A stretch of DNA of 64,000 nt from Sedimentisphaerales bacterium (GCA_040772485.1 JAXGYC010000007.1:672001-736000), one strand, 5' to 3'; numbered from the stretch's first letter, positions 19,995 through 29,498 are shown. Translations and numbers: made by a program. Notes: generated by a model not told the origin, from the sequence alone.

Positions 19995-20996
19995 ATGCAA
20001 AAATCCATCGGACTACGACTTGGCAGCCTGACGCTGGACGTTCCCTTCTTCCAGGCGTCGCTCAGCGGGTACAGCGACTACACCATGCGCTCGTTCGCCC
20101 GGCGCTTCGGCTGTCCGTTCGCATTGGCCGATGTGATGCTGGCCAAGAGCATGGCCGAGCCGCGCGTCCTGCGGAAGGCCTGTTTTCGTCCGGGCATCGA
20201 CGAGCATCCGGTGGGCGCGCAGATCATGGGCGAAAGCCCCGCCATCATGGCCAAGGCCGCGCGCGACCTGGTGGCGGTCGGCTACGATGTGATCGATCTG
20301 AACTTCGCCTGTCCGGTGCCCAAGGTCCTGCGACGCGGGCGAGGCGGCGCACTGCTGGCCCGCCCCAAAACAGTCATCGACATCGTCAAGGCGGTCCGCG
20401 AGACCGTCGCCTGTCCCCTGCTGATCAAGCTTCGCATCGGCATCGATCACGACAGCGCCTCTCAGGATGACTTTTGGGAGATCGTGACGCGATCGATCGA
20501 AGAAGGAATCGATGCACTGGTCATTCACGGGCGCACCGTCGAGCAGCGCTATCGCGGCAAGGCCGACTGGGACACTCTGGCCAGTGTCAAGGCCCGGTTT
20601 CCTTCGGCCACGATCATCGGCAGCGGCGATGTCTTCGATCCGCAGGCGGCCGTCGAACGAATGAAACAGACGGGTCTCGACGGGTTCGTCGCCGCCCGCG
20701 GTGCGATCGGCAATCCGTGGATTTTCCGCGACCTGCGTTGCGTGTGGGAGAACCGTCCCATCCCGCCTCCGCCCGACCTAGCCGAACAGCGGGCGATCAT
20801 GCTCGAACACTTCCATCGCGTCCTGAACGGCTATCCGGAAAAGCGGGCTATCGGCTACTTTCGCAAGTTCATCGTCCGCTACGCCCGGCTGCACCCCAGC
20901 CGCAAGCAGGTGACGACGACCCTGATGAAGGCGGAGTCACGGGCCGCCGTCGAGGCGGGAATCCACGCCTTGTACGGTGCTGGCGAGACCCCCTGA
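19995..20996 (+). CDS. tRNA-dihydrouridine synthase family protein
   Basis: IDLNFACP, KLRIG, IHGRT, GSGD, ARGAIGNPWIF. Confidence 0.9.
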   Translation: MQKSIGLRLGSLTLDVPFFQASLSGYSDYTMRSFARRFGCPFALADVMLAKSMAEPRVLRKACFRPGIDEHPVGAQIMGESPAIMAKAARDLVAVGYDVIDLNFACPVPKVLRRGRGGALLARPKTVIDIVKAVRETVACPLLIKLRIGIDHDSASQDDFWEIVTRSIEEGIDALVIHGRTVEQRYRGKADWDTLASVKARFPSATIIGSGDVFDPQAAVERMKQTGLDGFVAARGAIGNPWIFRDLRCVWENRPIPPPPDLAEQRAIMLEHFHRVLNGYPEKRAIGYFRKFIVRYARLHPSRKQVTTTLMKAESRAAVEAGIHALYGAGETP

Positions 20997-21015
20997 GGGC
21001 GGAACGGCGTTCGCG

Positions 21016-21519
21016 TCAAAGGGGCTTGGCGTAGAACAGCGAGCCGCCGGTGCCCTCCTGGTACTGGGCCTGCGCGAAGCCTGCCGCTTCGTACAGACGC
21101 CGGGCGCGACGGTTGTTCTCCTGCACCTCCAGGGTGAGCTTGCAGCAGTGCAAGTGTCGCGCCTTGTCGGCGACCGCGTCGAGGAGCCGGCGGCCGATTT
21201 GCCGTCCGCGACAGTCCGCCACCACCGCCAGGTCATGGATGTTGATCAGGGGTCTGGCGTGGAAGGTCGAGAAGCCGAGGAAACAGACCGCGATTCCGAC
21301 CGCCCTGCCGCCCTGGAAGGCGAGGAAGATCAGCGTCGTGGGATGCCGCCGCAGACCGTCGATGAGGTTGTCTCGCACCTGCGGCGCAAGAGGCCGGCCA
21401 TTGCCCATCGGGTCGGCCGCGTACGCATCAATCAGCTCGACCACCGCTTGCTGATGCGCGACGCAATCCAAATCGGCCTCGACAATCTCCATCGTCGGCA
21501 TTTCCACAGGGTTCTCCAT
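21016..21519 (-). CDS. GNAT acetyltransferase
   Basis: INIHDLAV...RGRQIGRRLL...LEV..NN..ARRLYEAAGF; start uncertain (21519 or 21501). Confidence 0.85.
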   Translation of the reverse strand: MENPVEMPTMEIVEADLDCVAHQQAVVELIDAYAADPMGNGRPLAPQVRDNLIDGLRRHPTTLIFLAFQGGRAVGIAVCFLGFSTFHARPLINIHDLAVVADCRGRQIGRRLLDAVADKARHLHCCKLTLEVQENNRRARRLYEAAGFAQAQYQEGTGGSLFYAKPL

Positions 21520-21718
21520 CCAGATCCTCCCGGCCACGAGACTCCCAACGCGCCGGACAGTCACTGCGACTATACCCGGCCCACGACGGTTCGGCAAGCA
21601 GTCCCTCGATTCGTCGCGGCTACGCTCGGCGGTGCGGATTTCCCGGTTGCATTCGCCGGTGCATCTGACTAAGATTGCCAGTTCTTTCGAACGGCAACGA
21701 AGATAGAGAGGCAGGTTT

Positions 21719-22924
21719 ATGTCGGACAACGTGGTACAGACTGTGCAGGCGTTGAAACGGGGTACCGTAGAGGTCTACACCGAGACGGACCTGGCCCAGC
21801 GACTGGTGGACGCGGCGAAGGCGGGCCGACCGATGCGCATCAAACTGGGACTGGACCCGACCAGCCCGGACATTCACCTGGGCCACACGGTTGTGCTTCG
21901 CAAAATGCGGCAATTCCAGGACCTGGGCCACAAGGCGGTCCTGATCATCGGCGACTACACCGCGCGGGTCGGCGACCCGACGGGCCAGAACGCGACGCGG
22001 CCCATGCTCTCGCCCGAGCAGATCGAGCGAAACGCCCGCACCTATTTCAACCAGGCCGGACATATCCTCGACACCTCCCCCGAGAAGCTCGAGGTCCGCT
22101 ACAACAGCGAATGGCTCGCCAGGCTCAATCTGGCCGACCTGATCAAGCTGGCCAGCAGCATGACGGTCGCCCGCATGCTCGAACGCGACACGTTCGAGCT
22201 GCGCTACAAGGCCGGCGACCCCATCGGCATCCACGAGTTCCTCTACCCGCTCATGCAGGGCTATGACTCCGTGATGGTCCGAAGCGACGTGGAGCTGGGC
22301 GGAACCGACCAGACCTTCAACAATCTCGTCGGACGCGACCTCCAGCGGCTGAACGACCAGCCCCCGCAGATCGTCATCACCATGCCCATCCTTGTCGGCC
22401 TCGACGGCAAGGAGAAGATGAGCAAGTCCAAGGGCAACTACGTCGGCGTCACCGACGCTCCGAACGACATGTTCGGCAAGATCATGAGCATCAGCGACGA
22501 GATGATGGCCAACTACTACACGCTGCTGACCGGCCTTCCCGCCGATCAGATCGTGACCTTGGTCGATCCGAACCAGACCCATCCCAAAGAGGCCAAAGTC
22601 GCGCTGGGCAAGACGATCGTCGCGCAGTTCTACGGCCCCGAGCTCGCGGAGATTGCGGCGGCGGAGTTCGACAAGGTCTTCGCGCAGGGGCAGTTGCCCG
22701 ACGAGATTCCCGAGTTCCGGCTGCCAGCCGAGCCGATCAGCATCAAGCAGCTCCTGACGACCTGCAAGCTGGTCGATACGGGCGGCGAAGCCAAACGCAT
22801 GGTCATGCAGGGCGGCGTCAGCATCGACGGGCAGAAGGTCGCGGACCCCAACGCCGCGACCACGCCGGCCGACGGCATGGTCGTCCAGGTCGGCAAACGC
22901 CGCTTCGCCAGGATCCGCGTCTGA
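21719..22924 (+). CDS. tyrS: Tyrosine-tRNA ligase
   Basis: GLDPT...HLGH, GGTDQ, KMSKS, C-terminal S4 domain. Confidence 0.97.
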   Translation: MSDNVVQTVQALKRGTVEVYTETDLAQRLVDAAKAGRPMRIKLGLDPTSPDIHLGHTVVLRKMRQFQDLGHKAVLIIGDYTARVGDPTGQNATRPMLSPEQIERNARTYFNQAGHILDTSPEKLEVRYNSEWLARLNLADLIKLASSMTVARMLERDTFELRYKAGDPIGIHEFLYPLMQGYDSVMVRSDVELGGTDQTFNNLVGRDLQRLNDQPPQIVITMPILVGLDGKEKMSKSKGNYVGVTDAPNDMFGKIMSISDEMMANYYTLLTGLPADQIVTLVDPNQTHPKEAKVALGKTIVAQFYGPELAEIAAAEFDKVFAQGQLPDEIPEFRLPAEPISIKQLLTTCKLVDTGGEAKRMVMQGGVSIDGQKVADPNAATTPADGMVVQVGKRRFARIRV

Positions 22925-22978
22925 CGACGGACCGTCCGTCGCGGCAGATCGAACGAACGTCACGTGAGAAGGGATATC

Positions 22979-23155
22979 ATGAAGCGTCTCAGCCCGGAAC
23001 GACGGAATCAGCTCATCCACGAACACCTCCGACACCTTTGTGCCGATTGGACCTGTCGATACGGGCAATGGAATCTCGAGAAGCTCCTGGCGGAGATGGA
23101 GTCGGCGCTGCGGGCCCGAAGGCACCGCCAGAAGGCCGACGCGATGAGCGCGTAG
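22979..23155 (+). CDS. Small hypothetical protein (58 aa)
   Basis: ATG after GAAGGG; fills the gap between co-oriented genes. Confidence 0.45.
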   Translation: MKRLSPERRNQLIHEHLRHLCADWTCRYGQWNLEKLLAEMESALRARRHRQKADAMSA

Positions 23156-23200
23156 AAAGAGCCGCGTCTGAACGACAGGACCCCAATCACAGGTGACGCC

Positions 23201-24007
23201 ATGAAACGAAGCAGAAGAGCAGTCATTGTATTCATCTTGGGCATCGCTTTCCTTGCGGCGCTGAGCGGCTGCCAGTCAGGATCGGTCAGGCCGCAGAGTC
23301 CGCGAACGCTCCGCGTGCTGACCTACAACATCCATCACGGCGAGGCGATGGACGAGCAGTTCGACTACGAGCGTCTGGCGAAGGTCATCAACGATCTGTC
23401 GCCGGACCTCGTCGCCTTGCAGGAGGTCGACGACGGCACCGAACGGGCTTCGGACGTCGACCAGGCGGCGCTGCTCGGCAAGCTCTGCAAGATGCATTGC
23501 GCCTTCGGCCAGGCGATGCCGCACCAAGGCGGCCGCTACGGCGAAGCCATCCTCTCGCGGTTTCCCATCGTCAAGACGGCCGTGCACCCCCTTCCCTACT
23601 GGGGCGACCGCGAACCGCGAGCGGCTCTGGAGGCGTGGATCGAGCCGGAGGGCATCGGACCGCTGCGATTCGTCGGAACGCATCTGTGCCATCTCGATGA
23701 GGAGATCCGCACGCAGCAGACGACGCGGCTGGCCCAGTTGTTCGGCGCCGAAGACGGCCCACCTGTGATCCTGGCAGGCGACTTCAACGCCCGGCCGGGC
23801 AGTCGCCCGATGAACGTCCTGCTCGACGCCGGCTGGACCGACGTCGTCGCCCCCCGCTCGAAGATCGACTACATCCTCATCCGCTCGGCGGATCCCTGGC
23901 AGGTCGAAGAGGTGACTATCGCCGAGGAGCCTGTCGTCTCCGACCACAACCCGGTCCTCGCGGAGCTGCGATGGCAAGGCACCGCAGCGTCAACGGCTGA
24001 GAACTAA
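23201..24007 (+). CDS. Endonuclease/exonuclease/phosphatase family lipoprotein
   Basis: Lipobox LSGC; TYNIHH, LQEVD, THL, GDFN, IDYI, SDH. Confidence 0.88.
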   Translation: MKRSRRAVIVFILGIAFLAALSGCQSGSVRPQSPRTLRVLTYNIHHGEAMDEQFDYERLAKVINDLSPDLVALQEVDDGTERASDVDQAALLGKLCKMHCAFGQAMPHQGGRYGEAILSRFPIVKTAVHPLPYWGDREPRAALEAWIEPEGIGPLRFVGTHLCHLDEEIRTQQTTRLAQLFGAEDGPPVILAGDFNARPGSRPMNVLLDAGWTDVVAPRSKIDYILIRSADPWQVEEVTIAEEPVVSDHNPVLAELRWQGTAASTAEN

Positions 24008-24065
24008 AGTCATGGTTGACATGGGCCGATAGTTCTGGTAAAGATCGAACCTCAAAGAGGTTATC

Positions 24066-24173
24066 ATGCAGATGGCAAACGGTGGACAATTCGGGGCAGC
24101 AGCCGGGAAGGCGACGCAAAGGATATGCGCCGGCCCGATCGCTATTACTGGAGACCACAGGAAGCTGCCCTGA
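24066..24173 (+). CDS. Putative ileS leader peptide (35 aa)
   Basis: SD GAGGT, then MQMANGGQFGAAAGKATQRICAGPIAITGDHRKLP; Ile codons ATA, ATC and ATT cluster in the 3' half. Confidence 0.6.
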   Translation: MQMANGGQFGAAAGKATQRICAGPIAITGDHRKLP

Positions 24174-24197
24174 GAACGCTTTGACCCCGCGATCATG

Positions 24198-24236
24198 AAA
24201 GCCTTTCAGAGCAGCCGACTCTGGAAGGCTTTTTTT
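24198..24236 (+). terminator. Intrinsic terminator / attenuator upstream of ileS
   Basis: AAAGCCTTTCAGAG-loop-CTCTGGAAGGCTTT, with a run of seven T at its 3' end. Confidence 0.85.
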
Positions 24237-24290
24237 GTTGGGGGACTGACCGCGCAGCCCCCTGCGCACGGCCCATTGCGTTTGGCTCCG

Positions 24291-24319
24291 TTGACAGGGG
24301 CAGCCGCGAAGCATAAGAT
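24291..24319 (+). promoter_or_regulatory. Proximal sigma70-type ileS promoter
   Basis: TTGACA-N17-TAAGAT. Confidence 0.65.
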
Positions 24320-24356
24320 ACGCGATTCGTTTTTCGAGCTTTCAAGGACCTTGACG

Positions 24357-27218
24357 ATGGCAGATGAGAACAAGAAGAACTACCGCGACACCCTGAACCT
24401 GCCGCAGACGAGCTTTGCGATGAAGGCCAACCTCGTGCAGCGCGAGCCCCAGATGCGCCAGCGATGGGCGAAGGAGAGCATCTACACACAGATTCGCGAG
24501 GCCCGGCTGGGCGCGCCGCTCTACGTCCTGCACGATGGCCCACCCTACGCCAACGGCGACATCCACATGGGCCACGTCATCAATAAGGTCCTCAAGGACT
24601 TCGTTGTCAAGTACAAGACGATGGCGGGCTTCGACGCGCCGTACATCCCGGGCTGGGACTGCCACGGGCTGCCCATCGAGGCCAAGGTGATGACCGATCT
24701 GGGCGAGAAGGTCCGGCAGATGAGTAAGACGGAAGTCCGCCGGGAGTGCATGAAGTACGCCAGCAAGTACGTCAAACTCCAGAGCCGGCAGTTCCAGGAC
24801 CTGGGCGTGTTCGGCGACTTCGAGAACCCCTACCTGACCTTCAAACCGCAGTACGAGGCGGGAATCCTGGAGGTCTTCGCGACGCTGGTGGGCAAGGGAC
24901 TGGTCTATCGCCAGCTCAAGCCGATCCACTGGTCCGTCGGATGCGAGACGGCGCTGGCGGAGGCGGAGCTGGAATACAAGGACATCGCTTCGCCCAGCAT
25001 CTTCGTCAATTTCAGCGCGACCCCGGAGACCACTGCAAAACTGATCGAGCTGGGAGTCGTCACGAACGATCAGGCCAAGGATTCAGAGGTCGCCCTGATG
25101 ATCTGGACGACCACGCCCTGGACGCTGGCGGCCAACCTGGCGATCGCCGTGCATCCGAATCTCGAATACGCCGCCGTCTCCTACGAGAAGGATGGACGCG
25201 AGTACACTTCGATTGTCGCGACCGAGCGCATCGAAGCGGTCGTCGCCGCCGCCGGCCTGACGCAAGGTCAATACGCCGTCGGAACCAAGACGGTCCGCGG
25301 CAGCGAACTCGAAGGGCTCCGCTATCGACACCCGTTCATCGAGACCAATCCGACCGACAAGGACGCCTATATGGTGATCCTCGCGGAGTACGTGACCACG
25401 GAGGACGGCACGGGTCTCGTCCACACTGCGCCGGGCCACGGCCAGGAGGACTACCTCTCCGGCCAGCGATATAATCTGGCGGTCTATTCGCCCGTCAAGG
25501 ACGACGGCTGCTACGACGAGACCGTCCCCGACTGGCTCCAGGGCAAGAACGTGCTGACCGTGGACAAGGAGGTCAACGAGCGTCTGGCCCAGCAGGGCCG
25601 GCTGTTCGCGCATCGCGAAATCGTCCATAGCTACCCCCACTGCTGGCGAAGCAAAGGCCCGGTGATCTTCCGCGCGACCGAGCAGTGGTTCGTGGGCGTG
25701 GACAAGGACCTGCCCGACACCGGCCGCAACCTCCGCGCGATGGCGATGGACGCCGTCGAGAAGGTTCGCTGGATTCCCGCGTGGGGCCAGAAGCGGATCG
25801 CGGGCATGCTCGAATCGCGGCCCGACTGGTGCATCAGCCGCCAGCGAAGCTGGGGTCTGCCGATCCCGGTATTCACGATGCCGGATGGGCAGACGCTGCT
25901 GACGAAAGAATCGGTGATGGCGGTCGCCCGGCACATCGGCCGGCATGGCTCCAATAGCTGGTTCACCGATTCGCCCCGCGAGATTCTGGGGGATGACTTC
26001 GCGTTGCCCGAAGGGTTCGACCTCGACCAGCTCCAGAAAGAAGAGAACATCTTCGACGTGTGGTTCGAGTCGGGCTGTAGCTGGTACAGCGTCGCCGTGG
26101 CGGCCGGCTGGCCGGTCCCGGTCGATCTGTACCTCGAAGGGTCCGATCAGCATCGCGGCTGGTTCCAGCTCTCCCTGCTGCCGGCGCTGGGCGCGACGGG
26201 AAAGCCCCCCTTCCAGAGCGTCCTGACGCACGGTTTCACCGTCGATGAGAAAGGCATGAAGCAGTCCAAGTCGCTGGGCAACTACGTCAACGCCCAGGAC
26301 GAGGTGGCCAAGTACGGCGCCGACATCCTGCGGTTGTGGGTCGCCAGCGTCAACTACCAGGAGGACGTGCGCTGCAACGATGATCTGATCGGCCGCACGC
26401 AGGACGCCTACCGCAAGATCCGCAACACGCTGCGTTACCTGCTGGGCAACCTCGACGGCTTCGAGCCGGCCATCGACGGAATCCCTTACGACCGCATGTT
26501 CGAGATCGACAAGTGGGCCATGTGCCAGTTGCAGAAGCTGATCGCGGACGTCACCGAAGCGTACGAGAACTTCGTGTTCCATCGCGTCTTCTCGCTGCTG
26601 TACAACTTCTGCACGGTCGAGATGAGCAGCATCTACATGGACGTGCTCAAGGACCGGATGTATTGCGACGCGACCGATGGCCTGTCCCGACGCAGCGGCC
26701 AGACCGTGATGTACGAAATCCTCAGCGCGCTCGTGCGGCTGCTGGCGCCGGTCCTGGCCCACACTGCCGAAGAGGCGTGGGAGGCGATGCCCTTCAAGCC
26801 GCAGGACTGCACCAGCGTGCATCTGGCGAGCCTGCCGAAGGTCGATGCGAGCATCGACTACGCGAGCCAGCAGGCCCGATGGCAGAAGATCATGGCCCTT
26901 CGCGATGAAGTCCTGCGTGCCCTCGAAGGACTCCGGCAGGACAAGACCATCGCCAGCAATCAGGAAGCGTCCGTGACGATGCGATGCACCGACGAAGATG
27001 CCGCCGCGGTCGAGGCGTTCGGCGTCGAACCGTTCGCGGCCCTCTGCATCGTCAGCGAGGTGACGCTCGAACGATCCGCCGAAACGACGACCGTCGTCGC
27101 GGGCAAGAGCCCCCATGCCAAGTGCCAGCGCTGCTGGAACTACTGGCCCACCGTCGGCGCCAACGCAAACTGCCCCGACCTCTGCGCCCGCTGCGCCACG
27201 GTCGCCGCCTCCGCGTAG
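24357..27218 (+). CDS. ileS: Isoleucine-tRNA ligase (type 1)
   Basis: HDGPPYANGDIHMGH, WTTTPWTL, DWCISRQR, EGSDQHRGWF, KQSKS, C-terminal CQRCW/CARC zinc finger. Confidence 0.97.
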   Translation: MADENKKNYRDTLNLPQTSFAMKANLVQREPQMRQRWAKESIYTQIREARLGAPLYVLHDGPPYANGDIHMGHVINKVLKDFVVKYKTMAGFDAPYIPGWDCHGLPIEAKVMTDLGEKVRQMSKTEVRRECMKYASKYVKLQSRQFQDLGVFGDFENPYLTFKPQYEAGILEVFATLVGKGLVYRQLKPIHWSVGCETALAEAELEYKDIASPSIFVNFSATPETTAKLIELGVVTNDQAKDSEVALMIWTTTPWTLAANLAIAVHPNLEYAAVSYEKDGREYTSIVATERIEAVVAAAGLTQGQYAVGTKTVRGSELEGLRYRHPFIETNPTDKDAYMVILAEYVTTEDGTGLVHTAPGHGQEDYLSGQRYNLAVYSPVKDDGCYDETVPDWLQGKNVLTVDKEVNERLAQQGRLFAHREIVHSYPHCWRSKGPVIFRATEQWFVGVDKDLPDTGRNLRAMAMDAVEKVRWIPAWGQKRIAGMLESRPDWCISRQRSWGLPIPVFTMPDGQTLLTKESVMAVARHIGRHGSNSWFTDSPREILGDDFALPEGFDLDQLQKEENIFDVWFESGCSWYSVAVAAGWPVPVDLYLEGSDQHRGWFQLSLLPALGATGKPPFQSVLTHGFTVDEKGMKQSKSLGNYVNAQDEVAKYGADILRLWVASVNYQEDVRCNDDLIGRTQDAYRKIRNTLRYLLGNLDGFEPAIDGIPYDRMFEIDKWAMCQLQKLIADVTEAYENFVFHRVFSLLYNFCTVEMSSIYMDVLKDRMYCDATDGLSRRSGQTVMYEILSALVRLLAPVLAHTAEEAWEAMPFKPQDCTSVHLASLPKVDASIDYASQQARWQKIMALRDEVLRALEGLRQDKTIASNQEASVTMRCTDEDAAAVEAFGVEPFAALCIVSEVTLERSAETTTVVAGKSPHAKCQRCWNYWPTVGANANCPDLCARCATVAASA

Positions 27219-27254
27219 GCGGGAGGCCATAGGCTGTAGACTGGAGGCTGGAGG
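27216..27254 (+). repeat. Heptamer tandem array, left flank of the four-helix-bundle gene
   Basis: TAGGCGG GAGGCCA TAGGCTG TAGACTG GAGGCTG GAGG. Confidence 0.7.
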
Positions 27255-27260
27255 AGGACG

Positions 27261-27617
27261 TTATTGCTTGCGCAACGCGAGGAGCAGGCCACTCAGGACT
27301 TTTGAGAGTTCCGTGCTCAGACCATGGAGCGACTCGTAGCCCTGTGGGCTGAGATATCCGAGGCGGGAAGCAAGCGACAACTGATACTCCACCTCTCGCG
27401 CTGAGCCGTAGGCCATGTCCAGGAAGCGAAGATAGTCGGATTGCGAATGGCGTGCGCACCCTTCGACGATGTTCGAAGCAACGGAGACGGCCGCGCGGCG
27501 CAACTGCGCCGTTAGGCCGAACACCTCCTCCTTCGGAAACACCTTCGTCCCTTTGTAGACACCCAGAGCCAACCGATCCGCCAACTCAAACGCCCGCAAT
27601 TTCGTGTGATCGCGCAT
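27261..27617 (-). CDS. Four-helix-bundle protein (23S rRNA intervening-sequence protein family)
   Basis: [27 protein letters not shown]...[19 protein letters not shown]. Confidence 0.92.
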   Translation of the reverse strand: MRDHTKLRAFELADRLALGVYKGTKVFPKEEVFGLTAQLRRAAVSVASNIVEGCARHSQSDYLRFLDMAYGSAREVEYQLSLASRLGYLSPQGYESLHGLSTELSKVLSGLLLALRKQ

Positions 27618-27732
27618 TTCCTGCCCCTCCGCCCACACATGGCTATCGTCCAGCATGGAAAACACCCTCTCAACGTCGACACCATTCTATCAGATTCGGA
27701 GCGTCCTGGAAAGCGTCGTCAATACGTCGGTA

Positions 27733-27762
27733 CCTACAGTCTCCGGCCTACAGCCTCCGGCC
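27733..27762 (-). repeat. Heptamer tandem array, right flank, inverted relative to 27216-27254
   Basis: Reverse complement reads GAGGCTG TAGGCCG GAGACTG TAGG. Confidence 0.7.
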
Positions 27763-28881
27763 GCCGAGCTGCTGCGCAACTCGGGCATTGACTTCGTCGA
27801 GGGTAATGTGGGTGATGGCGTGGGCGGGGTTGGTGCTCTTGATGGCGAGGCCCCGCGTGGCGATGTCACGGCCGACGATGCACTCCGGCCGGCGGTAGGG
27901 GCCGACGCGCAGCGGGTTGGACCAACTGAACATCATCACGAGCGGCTTGCCCAGTGCGGCGGCGATGTGGCCCGGGCCCGTGTCGTTGCTGACCACCAAG
28001 CGGGCGGAGCGCAGCACCTCGACCAGCTCGGGCAGTGACGTCCGCCCGGCCAGATTCGCGATCGGGCACTTCGCGTGGCTCTGAATTCGCTCGACCATCG
28101 CGCTCTCGGCGCCGGCGCCGGTGGCGACGATGGACAACCCGTGTTCGCAGGCCAGCCGGTCGGCCAGCGCGCCAAACCGCTCGGCGGGCCAACATTTGCT
28201 GGCCTGGGCGGAGCCGGGGATGAGAACGGCATAGGGAAGTTTGAAGTTTGAAGTTTGAAGTTTGAGGTCAGAGGCTTCGCCTTCCGCAGCGTCAGCTTTT
28301 GCCTGGGACTTCACACTTGGAACTTCACACTTCAAACTGCGCCGCAACAGGTCCCGTGCAGATGCAACGGCCGCGGGCTTCTCGGGCAGGACGAACTCGA
28401 CGCCGAGGTCACAGCCCCCCATCGCCTCGATGATCTTCATGTAGTAGTCGATCACATGGACCCACTCGGCGTGTCGCGGCACGGCGGTCGTGTAGAACCA
28501 ATGGGCGAATTCCCGGCCCCAGTCCGGACCGAAGCGATGTTTGCAGCCGGAAGCCCAAGCCAGCGATGCAGACCGCAGCAGCCCCTGGAGGTCCAGCACC
28601 GCGTCGAAGCGACGCCGACGCAGGTCGCCGATCAGGGACCCGAGGGCTTTCATCGCGAACGGACAGTACCACGCCTTGCCCAGCGTCTTGCGGTCGAAGT
28701 GGATGATCTCGTCCAGATGCGGATGGCCCTCAATCAGCGGTGCGAACGCCGGACGGACCAGCCAGGTGATCCGCGCACCTGGGAAACTCCTTCGCAGCGC
28801 CGACAACGCCGGCAGCGCCATCACGATGTCGCCCAGCGAACTGGGCTTGATCAGGAGAATGTTCTTCCACGCACTGGACAT
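27748..28881 (-). CDS. Glycosyltransferase family 9 (LPS heptosyltransferase-like) with an in-frame insertion
   Basis: IKPSSLGDIV, DLQGLLRS, KCWP, NDTGPGHIAAA. Confidence 0.92.
   Translation of the reverse strand: MSSAWKNILLIKPSSLGDIVMALPALSALRRSFPGARITWLVRPAFAPLIEGHPHLDEIIHFDRKTLGKAWYCPFAMKALGSLIGDLRRRRFDAVLDLQGLLRSASLAWASGCKHRFGPDWGREFAHWFYTTAVPRHAEWVHVIDYYMKIIEAMGGCDLGVEFVLPEKPAAVASARDLLRRSLKCEVPSVKSQAKADAAEGEASDLKLQTSNFKLPYAVLIPGSAQASKCWPAERFGALADRLACEHGLSIVATGAGAESAMVERIQSHAKCPIANLAGRTSLPELVEVLRSARLVVSNDTGPGHIAAALGKPLVMMFSWSNPLRVGPYRRPECIVGRDIATRGLAIKSTNPAHAITHITLDEVNARVAQQLGGRRL
28236..28338. repeat. Inverted heptamer arrays inside the GT9 coding sequence
   Basis: (GAAGTTT)x4 GAGGT ... 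ACTTCAC ACTTGGA ACTTCAC ACTTCAA ACT. Confidence 0.85.
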
Positions 28882-29008
28882 AAGCTGCGGATTGTATGTC
28901 AACACCGGTCCGGAAGCAACGGTTGAAATGATCGCTGCGACCGGTAGAATGGCGTCCGCTGATCCAAGGGCCTATTGGCACGGACATGGGCGGGAAGGGA
29001 TTTGACGC

Positions 29009-29494
29009 ATGGCGAAGAAGGGCAAGTATGTGTACGACTGGCCCCGGCCGATGGTGACGGTCGATGCGGCGGTGTTTCGTTTCGCGCGGGGCAAGGCCTG
29101 GCTGCTGCTGGTCGAACGCAAGAAGGAACCATACAAAGGGCGATGGGCGGTTCCGGGCGGCTTCATCGAGATGGATGAGGAGTTGGAGGACGCCGTCGCA
29201 CGCGAACTGAACGAAGAGACCGGACTGACGGGCATACGCCTGGAGCAGTTGCGGGCCTTCGGCACGGTCGGTCGCGACCCTCGCGGCCGCCAGATCACCG
29301 TGGTCTTCACGGGCATCGCCGGCAAGGGGCAGACAACAGTGCGCGGGGGCGACGACGCCGCCAAGGCCAGGTGGTTTCCCATCGACCGTCTGCCGGACAA
29401 TCTTGCTTTCGACCACGATCGCGTCGCCCGCGTGGCCATCGCCCGACTGAGGCAGACAAAGGCGTATCGGCAATCCGTTACCGAGCGCCGATAG
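29009..29494 (+). CDS. NUDIX hydrolase (ADP-ribose pyrophosphatase-like)
   Basis: PGGF...E...AVARELNEETG, RDPRG, LAFDH. Confidence 0.9.
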   Translation: MAKKGKYVYDWPRPMVTVDAAVFRFARGKAWLLLVERKKEPYKGRWAVPGGFIEMDEELEDAVARELNEETGLTGIRLEQLRAFGTVGRDPRGRQITVVFTGIAGKGQTTVRGGDDAAKARWFPIDRLPDNLAFDHDRVARVAIARLRQTKAYRQSVTERR

Positions 29495-29498
29495 CAGA

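Noticed and set aside
24050..24240. T-box, c-di-GMP-I, ZTP riboswitch or 6S RNA upstream of ileS
   Set aside because: Fragments match (GGCAAAC, GACGCAAAG, GTGG/CCAC, a terminal TCAAAG/CTTTGA stem), but the T-box GGTGGNACC, the c-di-GMP tetraloop arm and the ZTP CGCCTGGG are missing. The leader-peptide model fits better; an Rfam scan would settle it.
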